Shown here piece by piece: positions 35,696 through 44,947 of a stretch of 46,559 nucleotides of DNA. This stretch comes from a virus. Within the stretch, counting starts at the first letter, position 1; every line of letters begins with the position of its first letter. Location of the stretch: UHGV virus genome UHGV-0172001; one strand, given 5' to 3'. Position numbers and translations under genes: made by a program. The notes beneath the pieces were generated by a model that was given only the letters and a program-made list of their open reading frames with translations, was not told the origin of the DNA and did not search any database.

Positions 35696-38096
35696 CAAAA
35701 TCAGAAGCATACTACCGGTCAGCGCCAGCCGGGCAGAGCGGGTGGTGGACAGTACCGCCGGTGATATGCTGGCGGAAATCGCGGTCTGTCTGATCCGGTA
35801 TGTCAAAAATCCCGATTTATGTCCTGCTGAATTGCTGCCATGGCTGGCCTGGGAAATGTCGGTGGATACCTGGAACGAACACTGGACAGAGGCGGAAAAA
35901 AGGGCGGCAATAAAGCGTGCTGCCTATATCCATCGTCACAGGGGAACAAAAGCCGCACTGAATGAATCCCTGGCAGACAGTCCGTTCCGGTCGCAGATTG
36001 TGGAGTGGTATGAGCAGACACCACCGGGGGAGCCCTATACCTTCCGGCTGAATGTGGAGCAGAAGGACCTGCCGGTTCTGATGAACGACCACCAGGATTT
36101 GAAGCATGCCGTATTACGGGCAAAAAATCTGCGCAGCTGGTTCAGTGTTCATATTTACGGAAGTAGTCGCGGAAATGGCTTTGGTTATGGTTATGTCACT
36201 GCGACGGAAAAACTGAAAAACAGGATACTGCCGTCAGAAATACAGCTGATACCAGATAATCTGCGACTGCTCCCCGGAGAAGAGGTGTCTGTAAAGGTGA
36301 CGGTGCTTCCCCGGATTGCAGATGATCGTTCGTTTACGGTACAGCCCGAAGATGAAGGCGTGGCGGCAATCAGTATCTCTGGCGATATTATTACTCTGAC
36401 AGGGAAGCGGTTTGGTCACACCACTGTAATTGTTTCAACGGTGAATGGTGTGATTGCCAGACTGCCCGTAAATGTTGTGTCTGTTGTTCAGGTTATTGTT
36501 CGTGCTGATAATGTCAGCAGACCTCTGTTTTTTATAGACGCTCAGGATAATGACTTCACCATTGATTATGGTGATGGAGTGGACTGCAGGGATTATGTCA
36601 TTGAAGCAGGTATGGTTAAAACCACCCGGGAATTACCCGTCGGGGAAGAAATTACGCTGACGATTAAAGGTGCTGAGAGTGTGACATTCTACTCATCATC
36701 AGCATTAAACAGACCCAACCCATTACTGGAGATTATCAGGGTCAGTGGCACCAGAAGATATATGTCGCAGTTTGCAAATTTGCAGAATACATTACGAAAA
36801 ATTCATGCTGGTGCTTTTGATAATTTGCCTCGTGCGCTTTCATTCTCGGGGGCGTTTCGGGGATGTTCAGCATTAACTGAATTACCTGAAAACCTTTTTG
36901 CACAATGTGCAGAGGTATCTTCATGGAATGAGGCATTTTACGGATGTACTGGTCTGACAGATATTCCGGTTTTATTTGCACCTGAATCAAATGCGCGCAC
37001 GCTTTCAAAGTTGTTCTACGGTTGTTCGAAAATAGTCCGGGTTCCGGAAGCGTTGTTTGCAGGTATGGATGACGCCTGGACTTTTGAGTCAGCATTTTAC
37101 GGATGCAGCAAGATGGTTAATGCTCCGGCCATTCCCGCACGCAGTCTTCAGAGCCTTTACATGACTTTTTCCGGTTGTAGTGAGCTGGCTGAGCTTCCTG
37201 TGATATGGGGGAAAGAAAACGAAAGCCATGCGTTATCGATTAATTTGTCTTACGCATTTTACGATTGCCGGTCTCTGACTGTTATTCCTGAAAACTGGCT
37301 GGATGTTATCCGGCATCGGATGGCGCATGTCAGAGGGATATTTAATAGGTGTTCCAGCATACGCAGTGTCCCCTCACGATTATTTGCCGGAGCAAATAAT
37401 CTACGCACTGCTGACAATGCGTTTGATGGCTGCCGCGGTATTACCTGTATCGGAGAGGGGGTGTTTGAGGGATGCCGGAGTCTGAGCGAAATAAACTATG
37501 CGTTCCATTACTGCAGTGCGCTTGAGACAATCGGCAACAGGGTTTTTGCGGATTGTGTGTCTCTGAGATCAATGGCATCTACGTTTGCCAACAGCAGTAT
37601 TGTCAATGCCGGAGAAGAACTTTTCGCTGGTTGTACATCCCTGACATTAATGGAGTCCGTTTTTGTAAACTGCCGGAAACTGGTTATGTTGCCGGACAGT
37701 ACGTTCAGAGGGTGCACTTCGCTGAAAAGCGTACCTTATCTTTTTTCTGGTTGCAGTGCATTAACGAGGATCCAGGAGGCATTATTTTCCGACTGCTCAC
37801 TTACCGGAGGAGGTGGTATGTTCCGGTGGTGTTCGTCGCTGACACAAATTCCATCTGGATTAATTAATCATCGGGACAGCAATGCGGGTATAGCTGAAAT
37901 GTTCCGGGAATGCACATCACTGGCAATGGATATTAATGAAATATTTCCTCATGCCTTCACTGAAAGGCGCAATCTGTCGTATGTGTTTTATCGTTGCAGT
38001 AATGTGACGGGGAGTAAGTCAGAATTTCTGGCGAAATTCCCGGAACCGATATCTGTTGCTTATGCATTTGATTATTGTCCGCTACTTACAGACTGA
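35688..38096 (+). CDS. Baseplate protein I (P2 gpI-like N-terminal ~175 aa) fused to an Ig-like segment and about 20 BspA-type leucine-rich repeats; putative receptor-binding baseplate protein
   Basis: N-terminus NPDLCPAELLPWLAWEMSVDTWNEHWTEAEKRAAIKRAAYIHRHRGT parallels P2 gpI; Ig-like segment about aa 210-290; from about aa 380, about 20 repeats of the 23-aa unit aFxGCxxLxxIPxxxF. Confidence 0.8.
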   Translation: MNDKIRSILPVSASRAERVVDSTAGDMLAEIAVCLIRYVKNPDLCPAELLPWLAWEMSVDTWNEHWTEAEKRAAIKRAAYIHRHRGTKAALNESLADSPFRSQIVEWYEQTPPGEPYTFRLNVEQKDLPVLMNDHQDLKHAVLRAKNLRSWFSVHIYGSSRGNGFGYGYVTATEKLKNRILPSEIQLIPDNLRLLPGEEVSVKVTVLPRIADDRSFTVQPEDEGVAAISISGDIITLTGKRFGHTTVIVSTVNGVIARLPVNVVSVVQVIVRADNVSRPLFFIDAQDNDFTIDYGDGVDCRDYVIEAGMVKTTRELPVGEEITLTIKGAESVTFYSSSALNRPNPLLEIIRVSGTRRYMSQFANLQNTLRKIHAGAFDNLPRALSFSGAFRGCSALTELPENLFAQCAEVSSWNEAFYGCTGLTDIPVLFAPESNARTLSKLFYGCSKIVRVPEALFAGMDDAWTFESAFYGCSKMVNAPAIPARSLQSLYMTFSGCSELAELPVIWGKENESHALSINLSYAFYDCRSLTVIPENWLDVIRHRMAHVRGIFNRCSSIRSVPSRLFAGANNLRTADNAFDGCRGITCIGEGVFEGCRSLSEINYAFHYCSALETIGNRVFADCVSLRSMASTFANSSIVNAGEELFAGCTSLTLMESVFVNCRKLVMLPDSTFRGCTSLKSVPYLFSGCSALTRIQEALFSDCSLTGGGGMFRWCSSLTQIPSGLINHRDSNAGIAEMFRECTSLAMDINEIFPHAFTERRNLSYVFYRCSNVTGSKSEFLAKFPEPISVAYAFDYCPLLTD

Positions 38097-38108
38097 TAAG
38101 GAGAGCTT

Positions 38109-39539
38109 ATGCCATCAGGGCTGACGTTAACAAAAAAAGGGGCTGCCGAAATAGAGTCTGCTTATCAGGCTGGACAGGTAGTGACGATCACTCATGTACT
38201 GACAGGAGATGGCGGCGGGCAGACGTTACCGTCAACGCCGGATGAAATGGCAGCAATGTCGGCATTGCTGGGGCAATTTGGTCAGGAGCCATTTTCAGAA
38301 GGTAAGGTTGATGAGGGATTTATTAGTGGTGACATTGTTATTGACTGTAAAAAATACCCAGGAAAGACACTGCGTGAACTGGGGATTGTAAGCAGCAGCG
38401 GTACGCTGATAGCGTACGGGCGTTATCCGGATACGTACTTACCGGCACAGACAGATTCTGTCATCAAAGAGGTTATCCTGACACTGGTACTGGGGCTGAC
38501 GCATGCGCAGAACGTGACGCTGGAGCTTGACCCGTCCAGGGTGATTATCACGCAGGAGGCAGGAGATAAACGCTATCTGCGTATCAGAGAGAATCTTGCC
38601 GATGTGGAAGATAAAGATGAAGCGGTTGATAACCTCGGGTTAAAACCGACGGTGGACAAGGCAAAAAATGCCGTCCAGCGCGACGGCGATACCATGACCG
38701 GCGAGCTGAAAATCCGTGGTGTTAATGCGCTGCGAATTTTCAACGAAGCCTTTGGTCTGATTTTTCGTCGTTCGGAAGAGTGCCTGCACCTTATTCCTAC
38801 CAGTGAAGGTCAGGGCGAGAATGGTGATATTGGTCCACTTCGCCCGTTCACTATTAATCTGCGGACGGGTGAAATATCTATGTCGCATAAAGTGTCTGTT
38901 GGCGGTGGTTCGCAGGTCAATGGTGCACTGGGTATCGGCGTTCAGAACGCGCTGGGCGGAAACTCAATTGCTTTCGGGGATAACGATACAGGTATAAAAC
39001 AAAACGGTGACGGTATTCTGGATGTTTATGCGAATGGTCAGCATGTATTTCGTTTTCAGAATGGTGTTGCCATGGCGTTAAAAAATATTCAGGCCGGGAA
39101 TGCCAGAATATTCACATTATCCAGTTCCAACAGCTCCACGAAAAATGCAGGGTTTAATTTATGGGGTAATTCATCCCGACCTGTAGTTGCAGAGCTTGGT
39201 GATGATTCCGGCTGGCATTTTTACAGCCAGAGAAATACCGATGGCAGTATCACATTCGCTGTAAACGGACAGATGATCCCATCAAACTATGGAAATTTCG
39301 ATGCCCGTTATCAGCAGCGAAATGGCGGCGTGCAGGATGTGCGTTATGGTTCCGAAATGTTTTATAACCCGGGAGGTAACCAGGTGTCCTGGACATTTCG
39401 CTCACCTTCAGGCCACGGATTATCCGGTATTAATGTGCAGGAAACCGGAAGCAATTCGGCAGATAACATCGGCGGCGTATATTACCGACCTCTTCAGAAA
39501 CTGATTAATGGCACCTGGTATAACGTGGCGAGTGTTTAA
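38109..39539 (+). CDS. Tail fiber protein (gpH-like)
   Basis: N-terminus KKGAAEIESAYQAGQVVTITHVLTGDGGGQ resembles the conserved N-terminal domain of P2-type tail fibers; Gly/Asn-rich C-terminal region. Confidence 0.8.
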   Translation: MPSGLTLTKKGAAEIESAYQAGQVVTITHVLTGDGGGQTLPSTPDEMAAMSALLGQFGQEPFSEGKVDEGFISGDIVIDCKKYPGKTLRELGIVSSSGTLIAYGRYPDTYLPAQTDSVIKEVILTLVLGLTHAQNVTLELDPSRVIITQEAGDKRYLRIRENLADVEDKDEAVDNLGLKPTVDKAKNAVQRDGDTMTGELKIRGVNALRIFNEAFGLIFRRSEECLHLIPTSEGQGENGDIGPLRPFTINLRTGEISMSHKVSVGGGSQVNGALGIGVQNALGGNSIAFGDNDTGIKQNGDGILDVYANGQHVFRFQNGVAMALKNIQAGNARIFTLSSSNSSTKNAGFNLWGNSSRPVVAELGDDSGWHFYSQRNTDGSITFAVNGQMIPSNYGNFDARYQQRNGGVQDVRYGSEMFYNPGGNQVSWTFRSPSGHGLSGINVQETGSNSADNIGGVYYRPLQKLINGTWYNVASV

Positions 39540-39541
39540 CA

Positions 39542-40084
39542 ATGTTGCATTTAAAAAATATTACTGCGGGTAATCCGAAAACCGCAGAACAATACCAGAT
39601 GACAAAAAAATATGATGTTACCTGGCTTTTTTCGGAAGACGACAAAAACTGGTATGAAGAACTGAAGAATTTCGCCAGCGACACAATAAAAATAGCTTAC
39701 ACCGGAGATGGTCGCGTGGTATGGGTCGGTAAGGATGTGACAGGCATTGAACCCCGCAACACCAGTGTTATTGAGGTTCCGGACATTACCGCTAACCGTC
39801 GTATCACCGCGCCGGGCTACTGGTTTTACCGCGACGATAAATTTGTCTTCGACTACAAACTTAAAGCAGAAGATGAGCGCGATGCTCTTCTGGCTCAGGT
39901 CAGCATCATAACCAGCGAATGGGAAAAAGACCTGCTGCTGGGATTAATCAGTGACGAAGACAGGGAGAAGCTGAAAGCGTACCGCATTTACGCGAAATCG
40001 CTGCAGGCGATGGATTTCAGCGCTATTACGGATAAGACCACTTACAACAATATTAGCTGGCCTGAGCAGCCACAAAATACCTGA
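39542..40084 (+). CDS. Tail fiber assembly protein (Tfa / gpG-like)
   Basis: Immediately downstream of the fiber gene; C-terminal ISWPEQP motif typical of Tfa proteins. Confidence 0.8.
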   Translation: MLHLKNITAGNPKTAEQYQMTKKYDVTWLFSEDDKNWYEELKNFASDTIKIAYTGDGRVVWVGKDVTGIEPRNTSVIEVPDITANRRITAPGYWFYRDDKFVFDYKLKAEDERDALLAQVSIITSEWEKDLLLGLISDEDREKLKAYRIYAKSLQAMDFSAITDKTTYNNISWPEQPQNT

Positions 40085-40102
40085 AAAAGAAGTTAATCAT
40101 CT

Positions 40103-40127
40103 GACCGCCTGAGGGCGGTTTTTTTAT
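40103..40127 (+). terminator. Terminator/attenuator before the sheath gene
   Basis: CCGCC-tgag-GGCGG plus T9. Confidence 0.6.
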
Positions 40128-40138
40128 GGGAGAAATGT

Positions 40139-41614
40139 ATGTCCGGATTACATGGTGTTGAAACCATTGAACTGACGACAGGCACGGTTGCCGTGCAGAC
40201 CATCTCCACGGCAGTGATTGGCCTGGTGGGGACAGCGCCGGACGCCTCTGGTGGTGTGTGCGCTTCCGGCACAGCCGGCTCCTGGCTGCTGGGAACGGCG
40301 CTGGATTTCACGGCGAAACAGGAAGGCCGGGCCGGCAATAAGATTTCGGTGGTTGCCGTCGCGGCCACAGAACAAAGCGCGCAGACCACGGCCTCACTGG
40401 AAGGTACAACCCTGACGATAAAGCTGGGGACGGATGAACACAGCCAGGTTAACGCCACGGTGGACCGTGTAACTGAAGTGGTGAATGCACTGGGTGATTC
40501 ACCTGTGACGGCGGCGGTCAGTACCCTGAATGCAGGGAGCGCTGAAAATAATGTGGTGTCGCCATTCAGCCTGACGTTATCCGGCGGGGAAGATGAGGCG
40601 TTCCCGGTTAATACACCAGTTGTGGTGGCAGGAGCCATTACTCAGGCAGGAAAACTGGGGGCCGCCGGAACACTGTATCCGGCCCTGCGAGATATTTTTG
40701 ATCAGACCGGTGCACTGGTGATTGTGGTACGTGCGGAAAGCAAACCGAAAGCGAAAGAGGCTGAACAACGCGCGGCGGTGATTAAGGCCATGGAAGCGCT
40801 GACAGAGAGTAAAGGTGTGACGGGCTATCAGCCGCGCATTCTCATTGCCACGGGTTACAGTGAGGATGATGGTGTGGCAAAGGCGCTGGAAACGTATGCC
40901 GCGAAGCTGCGGGCTGTGGCCTATATCGACTCTCCCTCAATGGCAACGCCGCAGGATGTGGTTCAGCGGCGCGCATCCTTTGGCGGGCGCGTGGAACTGA
41001 TGCGCCCACGCGTGTCAGTAACGGATGACAGCGGGCAGATGGTATTTCGTCCGTATTCGGCGCGCGCTGCCGGGCTGCGTGCCCGTATTGATTACGAAAA
41101 AGGGTGGTGGTGGTCCAAATCAAACCAGGACGTGATGAATATCACCGGTCTGGAGCAGGTGGATACGTTTATTCTCGGGGAGCAGAACTGCACGGCAAAC
41201 CTGCTGAACATGGAAAATATCTCCACCATTATTCGTCACGACGGCTTTAAGCACTGGGGGAACCGTCTGTGTTCATCCCACAGTCAGTGGCGCTTTGAGC
41301 CGGTACGCCGTACTGCAGATGTGATTGAGGACAGTATTCAGGAGGCCATGCTGCCTTATGTCGATCGCCCGCTGGATCGTGATGTGGCGGACGACATTCT
41401 TGGCAGTATTAATGCCTATATGCGTCAGCTTAAAAATCTGGGCGCGATCCACGGTGGCAGAGCCTGGCTGAATGATGAACTGAACACAGCAGAAACCCTG
41501 GCTGCCGGGCAGTTGTATATCGATTATGACTTTGGACCGAAGTCACCACTGGAACGCCTGACACTGCGGGCGATGATTAACAATAAACTGGCGCTGGAGG
41601 AGCTGACGGTATGA
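40139..41614 (+). CDS. Contractile tail sheath protein (P2 FI-like)
   Basis: 491 aa; position and length match a tail sheath; followed by tube and frameshifted chaperone genes. Confidence 0.85.
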   Translation: MSGLHGVETIELTTGTVAVQTISTAVIGLVGTAPDASGGVCASGTAGSWLLGTALDFTAKQEGRAGNKISVVAVAATEQSAQTTASLEGTTLTIKLGTDEHSQVNATVDRVTEVVNALGDSPVTAAVSTLNAGSAENNVVSPFSLTLSGGEDEAFPVNTPVVVAGAITQAGKLGAAGTLYPALRDIFDQTGALVIVVRAESKPKAKEAEQRAAVIKAMEALTESKGVTGYQPRILIATGYSEDDGVAKALETYAAKLRAVAYIDSPSMATPQDVVQRRASFGGRVELMRPRVSVTDDSGQMVFRPYSARAAGLRARIDYEKGWWWSKSNQDVMNITGLEQVDTFILGEQNCTANLLNMENISTIIRHDGFKHWGNRLCSSHSQWRFEPVRRTADVIEDSIQEAMLPYVDRPLDRDVADDILGSINAYMRQLKNLGAIHGGRAWLNDELNTAETLAAGQLYIDYDFGPKSPLERLTLRAMINNKLALEELTV

Positions 41615-42129
41615 TTACGGGTGAAAAAAAACTGTTGCGCGCGTGGGCGTTATTTCTTCCTGGCGGGATCCGTCTTCAGGGGGCGCATGAGTACACGCCG
41701 CCAGCCATTAATATCACGACAGTGGATATCAAAACCGGTGCAATGGATGCACCGGTGGCAGTGGATGACGGCATGGAAGCGCTGACCTGCTCATTTAAGA
41801 TTTATGGCTACGATGTTGCCATGCTGACCCTGCTGGGATTACAGGCCGGGCTTTATTCGCCGGAGATCGTTGTCCGCCAGGCTTACCGGGTGGGGAATGC
41901 GACCAGCGGACAGGTGGAAACACTGCAGGGGATGATCACCAGTATCACGCCGGATGCGCGCCCGGCAACGTCACAGGCGGAGGCTTCGGTGACGGTGGAG
42001 ATGTCGCTGAGTTATTACCGTCAGGCTGTAGATGGTCTGGAAACCATCTGCATTATTCCGGAGGAATTTGTTCGTCGTATTAACGGCGTTAATGTTCTGT
42101 CGGATCTGAAAAAAATCATCCGGGTTTAA
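41611..42129 (+). CDS. Tail tube protein (P2 FII-like)
   Basis: 172 aa; ATGA overlap with the sheath gene. Confidence 0.8.
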   Translation: MITGEKKLLRAWALFLPGGIRLQGAHEYTPPAINITTVDIKTGAMDAPVAVDDGMEALTCSFKIYGYDVAMLTLLGLQAGLYSPEIVVRQAYRVGNATSGQVETLQGMITSITPDARPATSQAEASVTVEMSLSYYRQAVDGLETICIIPEEFVRRINGVNVLSDLKKIIRV

Positions 42130-42150
42130 TCCGGGTATCCGGTTATTCAG

Positions 42151-42178
42151 GCGGCTCAGGCCGCCTTTTCTTTTTTTA
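42151..42178 (+). terminator. Terminator/attenuator between the tube and chaperone genes
   Basis: GGCGGC-tcag-GCCGCC plus T run. Confidence 0.6.
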
Positions 42179-42190
42179 AAGGAGATGCTT

Positions 42191-42493
42191 ATGTCGGAAA
42201 AAAACAGTGTGCCTGCCAGCAGCGTGGAAATTGTGTTATCCGTGCCGTATGTCACCGCATCAGGACAGACGATCACGCACGTCACCATGCGTGCGCCCAC
42301 TGTCCGCGATCGTCTGTTGCATCGCCGGAGTACCAAACCGGAAGCAGAGGCTGATCTGGATATGATTGCCGGTCTGTGTGGGATGGACGCGGCAGACATG
42401 ATGAACATGGAAGCGTGTGATTACCTGGCCCTGGAGCGTCAGTTTAATGTTTTTTTGCTGCCGCCGGTCCGGCGGAAGAAGAAAGTATCCTGA
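42191..42493 (+). CDS. Tail assembly chaperone gpE; a -1 frameshift product E+E' would extend to 42630
   Basis: ATG 42191 after AAAGGAG; slippery heptamer T_TTT_TTG in frame; the -1 frame stays open to TAA at 42628-42630. Confidence 0.7.
   Translation: MSEKNSVPASSVEIVLSVPYVTASGQTITHVTMRAPTVRDRLLHRRSTKPEAEADLDMIAGLCGMDAADMMNMEACDYLALERQFNVFLLPPVRRKKKVS
42451..42457 (+). other. Programmed -1 ribosomal frameshift site (slippery heptamer T TTT TTG)
   Basis: Zero-frame codons GTT TTT TTG; same heptamer class as P2 E/E' and analogous to lambda G/GT. Confidence 0.7.
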
Positions 42494-42610
42494 CAGCGAT
42501 ACGGCGTGCCGGTGCCTGGTTCGGGTGGTCTCCCGGAGATGTGATGGCGCTGCCGTATACGGATTTTGTGTCAATGATGCTGGCGGAGTCGGAAGAGAGG
42601 AAGCGACGTT

Positions 42611-44263
42611 ATGGCAACGGTTGGCGATAACCTTAAAGCGAATATCAGGATCGGCGGCACGATAGATCCGTCGTGGAAAAAATCGGTAGATGGACTTAAG
42701 CACGGATTATCAGGAGCAACGCAGGAAGTGGCTCGCCTGACACGCCAGCAGGATGTACTGAAACGAAAAATTCAGGCTGGCGTACTGGCTGGACAGGATA
42801 TTACTGAACTGCGAAAGCAGTATGAAAAGCTGGGCAAAAAAATTCATGATGCCGCCGGAGAGCAGGACAAATTTAACCGTAAGCTGGCTCGTGCTGAACG
42901 TCTGGAACGCTGGAAAGGGCGGGCCGGGACGGTCCTTAAAACCGGTTTTGGGCTTTCTGTTGGTTCGGGGTTGACGCTGGCAGCGGGCACTACCGCTGTG
43001 CTTAACCGGAATACGGAAACGGCAGAGCGGGCAGGGATAGCCCGCAGTTACGGGGTGGATTATGAAACCTATGCGGCATGGGATTCACTTGCCCGGCTGA
43101 TGGGGCTGAACGGTGAAAACATCGGTGATCTGTTTGAGGAGTACCGGAACAAGGTTTTTGACGATGATAATGGTGCCACGGATAAAGGGGCCATTCAGGA
43201 GGTGTTTGGTGCGCTGGGGCTGAAAGCCGGGGTGATGGCCGGAAAAAGCAACCAGGAGCAGGTCGAGTTTTTATTTGATCGCTTACTGCAGGTAGAGAAT
43301 GAACAGGTGGCTGCCGGGATGGCAGATGCGCTGTTTGGTGGTGAGGCCAATAAAATTCTGACCTGGATGCGTCTGTCAGGAAAAACTTACCGGGAGCTTA
43401 TCAGTGAGCAGAAACGCTATAACCTGGTGACAAAGGCAGGGGCAGATGGCGCAGTTCAGGGGCATATGGCGCTGTCAAATCTCAGTAATGTTCTGAGTTC
43501 GTCCATTGATGAAATCAGCGGGCAACTGGGTAAGGAGCTGGCACCACATATTCAACAGGTGACGGATGACCTTGCGGCCTGGTTTAAGTATGGTGGACTG
43601 GAAAAAATCCGGGCATTTATCCGTGATGATGCCCTGCCGGCGCTGATCGACATGGCAGCATGGATGTGGAAATTCGGAAAAGTTCTGGCTGGAATCACAC
43701 AAAAAGCCATTGAGTGGGGGTTAGCGGATGATCCACGAGAGGACCGGCGAGAGGTGCTGGAATATCTGGCAAAAATGGGGTCGCCGGAGCTGGCGAGAGC
43801 GGTGGCGCAGAAAAACGGTCAGGGTGAATGGTTTGATGAACTTATCAGGCAAAATCCGGACCTGACGAAACAGGTTGTACAGGCCTATAAAGACACCCGC
43901 GGTTATTTCCCCTGGAATCATGACGATAAAAAGTTTGATGCATTTCTCGACCCTTTGCTGGGACCGAAGGAAGAACCTGATTTTAAGGCGATAAAAGAGA
44001 AATCCCGCACCTACATTGACGGACTTCCTGCGGCAGGTCAGGGACAGGAAAATCCTGATCGCCTTTCAGCCCTCCAGTATACACCCGGCAGTATCAGCCA
44101 GGTGGAAGTAAAACCCACATATCAGATACGGGCCGAATTTAACATCACCCAGAAATCTGGCGAGGATGCCGGACAACTGGCAGACAGGGTGACGAAAAAT
44201 CTGGGGGATATTAATTTTGGCCAGCGTTCCCGTATGACTGATGGTTATGAATCCTGGGGGTGA
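42611..44263 (+). CDS. Tail tape measure protein
   Basis: 550-aa largely helical protein directly after the frameshifted chaperone genes. Confidence 0.75.
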   Translation: MATVGDNLKANIRIGGTIDPSWKKSVDGLKHGLSGATQEVARLTRQQDVLKRKIQAGVLAGQDITELRKQYEKLGKKIHDAAGEQDKFNRKLARAERLERWKGRAGTVLKTGFGLSVGSGLTLAAGTTAVLNRNTETAERAGIARSYGVDYETYAAWDSLARLMGLNGENIGDLFEEYRNKVFDDDNGATDKGAIQEVFGALGLKAGVMAGKSNQEQVEFLFDRLLQVENEQVAAGMADALFGGEANKILTWMRLSGKTYRELISEQKRYNLVTKAGADGAVQGHMALSNLSNVLSSSIDEISGQLGKELAPHIQQVTDDLAAWFKYGGLEKIRAFIRDDALPALIDMAAWMWKFGKVLAGITQKAIEWGLADDPREDRREVLEYLAKMGSPELARAVAQKNGQGEWFDELIRQNPDLTKQVVQAYKDTRGYFPWNHDDKKFDAFLDPLLGPKEEPDFKAIKEKSRTYIDGLPAAGQGQENPDRLSALQYTPGSISQVEVKPTYQIRAEFNITQKSGEDAGQLADRVTKNLGDINFGQRSRMTDGYESWG

Positions 44264-44265
44264 AG

Positions 44266-44754
44266 ATGGTGGATTTACTGGGCTGGGGCGTAAACCGGCT
44301 TGAGCGCGAAGCATGGGACGCAGTGGGCTCATTAACGGAGGTGGCTTCCCGCGTCATGCTGTCGTTTGGTGAGTTTGAATTCAGTATCGATACGGCAGCG
44401 TATAACGCCATGAAGCGCACCATGGAATGGCGGTGGGATGAACAGCAGCTTATCGGAAAAAACGACCTGCTGCAGTATACCGGCAAAGGAGCCAGAGCAA
44501 TAACCCTTGAAGGTATGGTGCATGCAGGATTTCGTGACGGTGTGGGAATGGATGCCCTTGATACACTGGTTCAGATGGTGGATGACAATCCGGCTCCCCA
44601 CCTTCTGGTTTCAAGCACAGGTGATGTGATGGGGTATTTTGTTGCAACCTCCTATTCAGATAACACCACGTCCTTTCTTCCCGGCGGTGCGCCGAAGAAC
44701 AAAACGTTCACACTGGAGCTGAAATACTATGGCGAAAAACTGGCGGACCACTGA
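44266..44754 (+). CDS. Tail protein gpU-like
   Basis: Position between tape measure and X/D as in P2; ATG 44266 after GGGGG (GTG 44260 is an alternative). Confidence 0.7.
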   Translation: MVDLLGWGVNRLEREAWDAVGSLTEVASRVMLSFGEFEFSIDTAAYNAMKRTMEWRWDEQQLIGKNDLLQYTGKGARAITLEGMVHAGFRDGVGMDALDTLVQMVDDNPAPHLLVSSTGDVMGYFVATSYSDNTTSFLPGGAPKNKTFTLELKYYGEKLADH

Positions 44755-44947
44755 CGGCGATATGCTGGATGATATCTGTCAGAGACACTATGGCAGCGCC
44801 GGACTTAACCAGTCACTGGCGGCGGTACTGGAAGCCAATCCCGGACTGGCTGACCTTGGTCCGGTCTATCCGGCGGGAGTGGAAATCGTGTTGCCGGACT
44901 GGACATATGAACCGGAGCAAAAGGAGGCGTTTCAGTTATGGGACTGA
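44729..44947 (+). CDS. Tail protein X (P2 gpX-like, LysM-like)
   Basis: GDMLDDICQRHYG...VLEANPGLADLGPVYPAGVEIVLPD parallels P2 X. Confidence 0.8.
   Translation: MAKNWRTTDGDMLDDICQRHYGSAGLNQSLAAVLEANPGLADLGPVYPAGVEIVLPDWTYEPEQKEAFQLWD

Noticed and set aside
35803-36123. Minus-strand ORFs of 96-106 aa inside gpI
   Set aside because: Antisense to a strongly supported structural gene
42417-42665. 82-aa ORF overlapping the chaperone/tape-measure junction
   Set aside because: It is in the +1 frame, not the -1 frame reached from the slippery site; the real E' extension is the unlisted -1 frame ending at 42630
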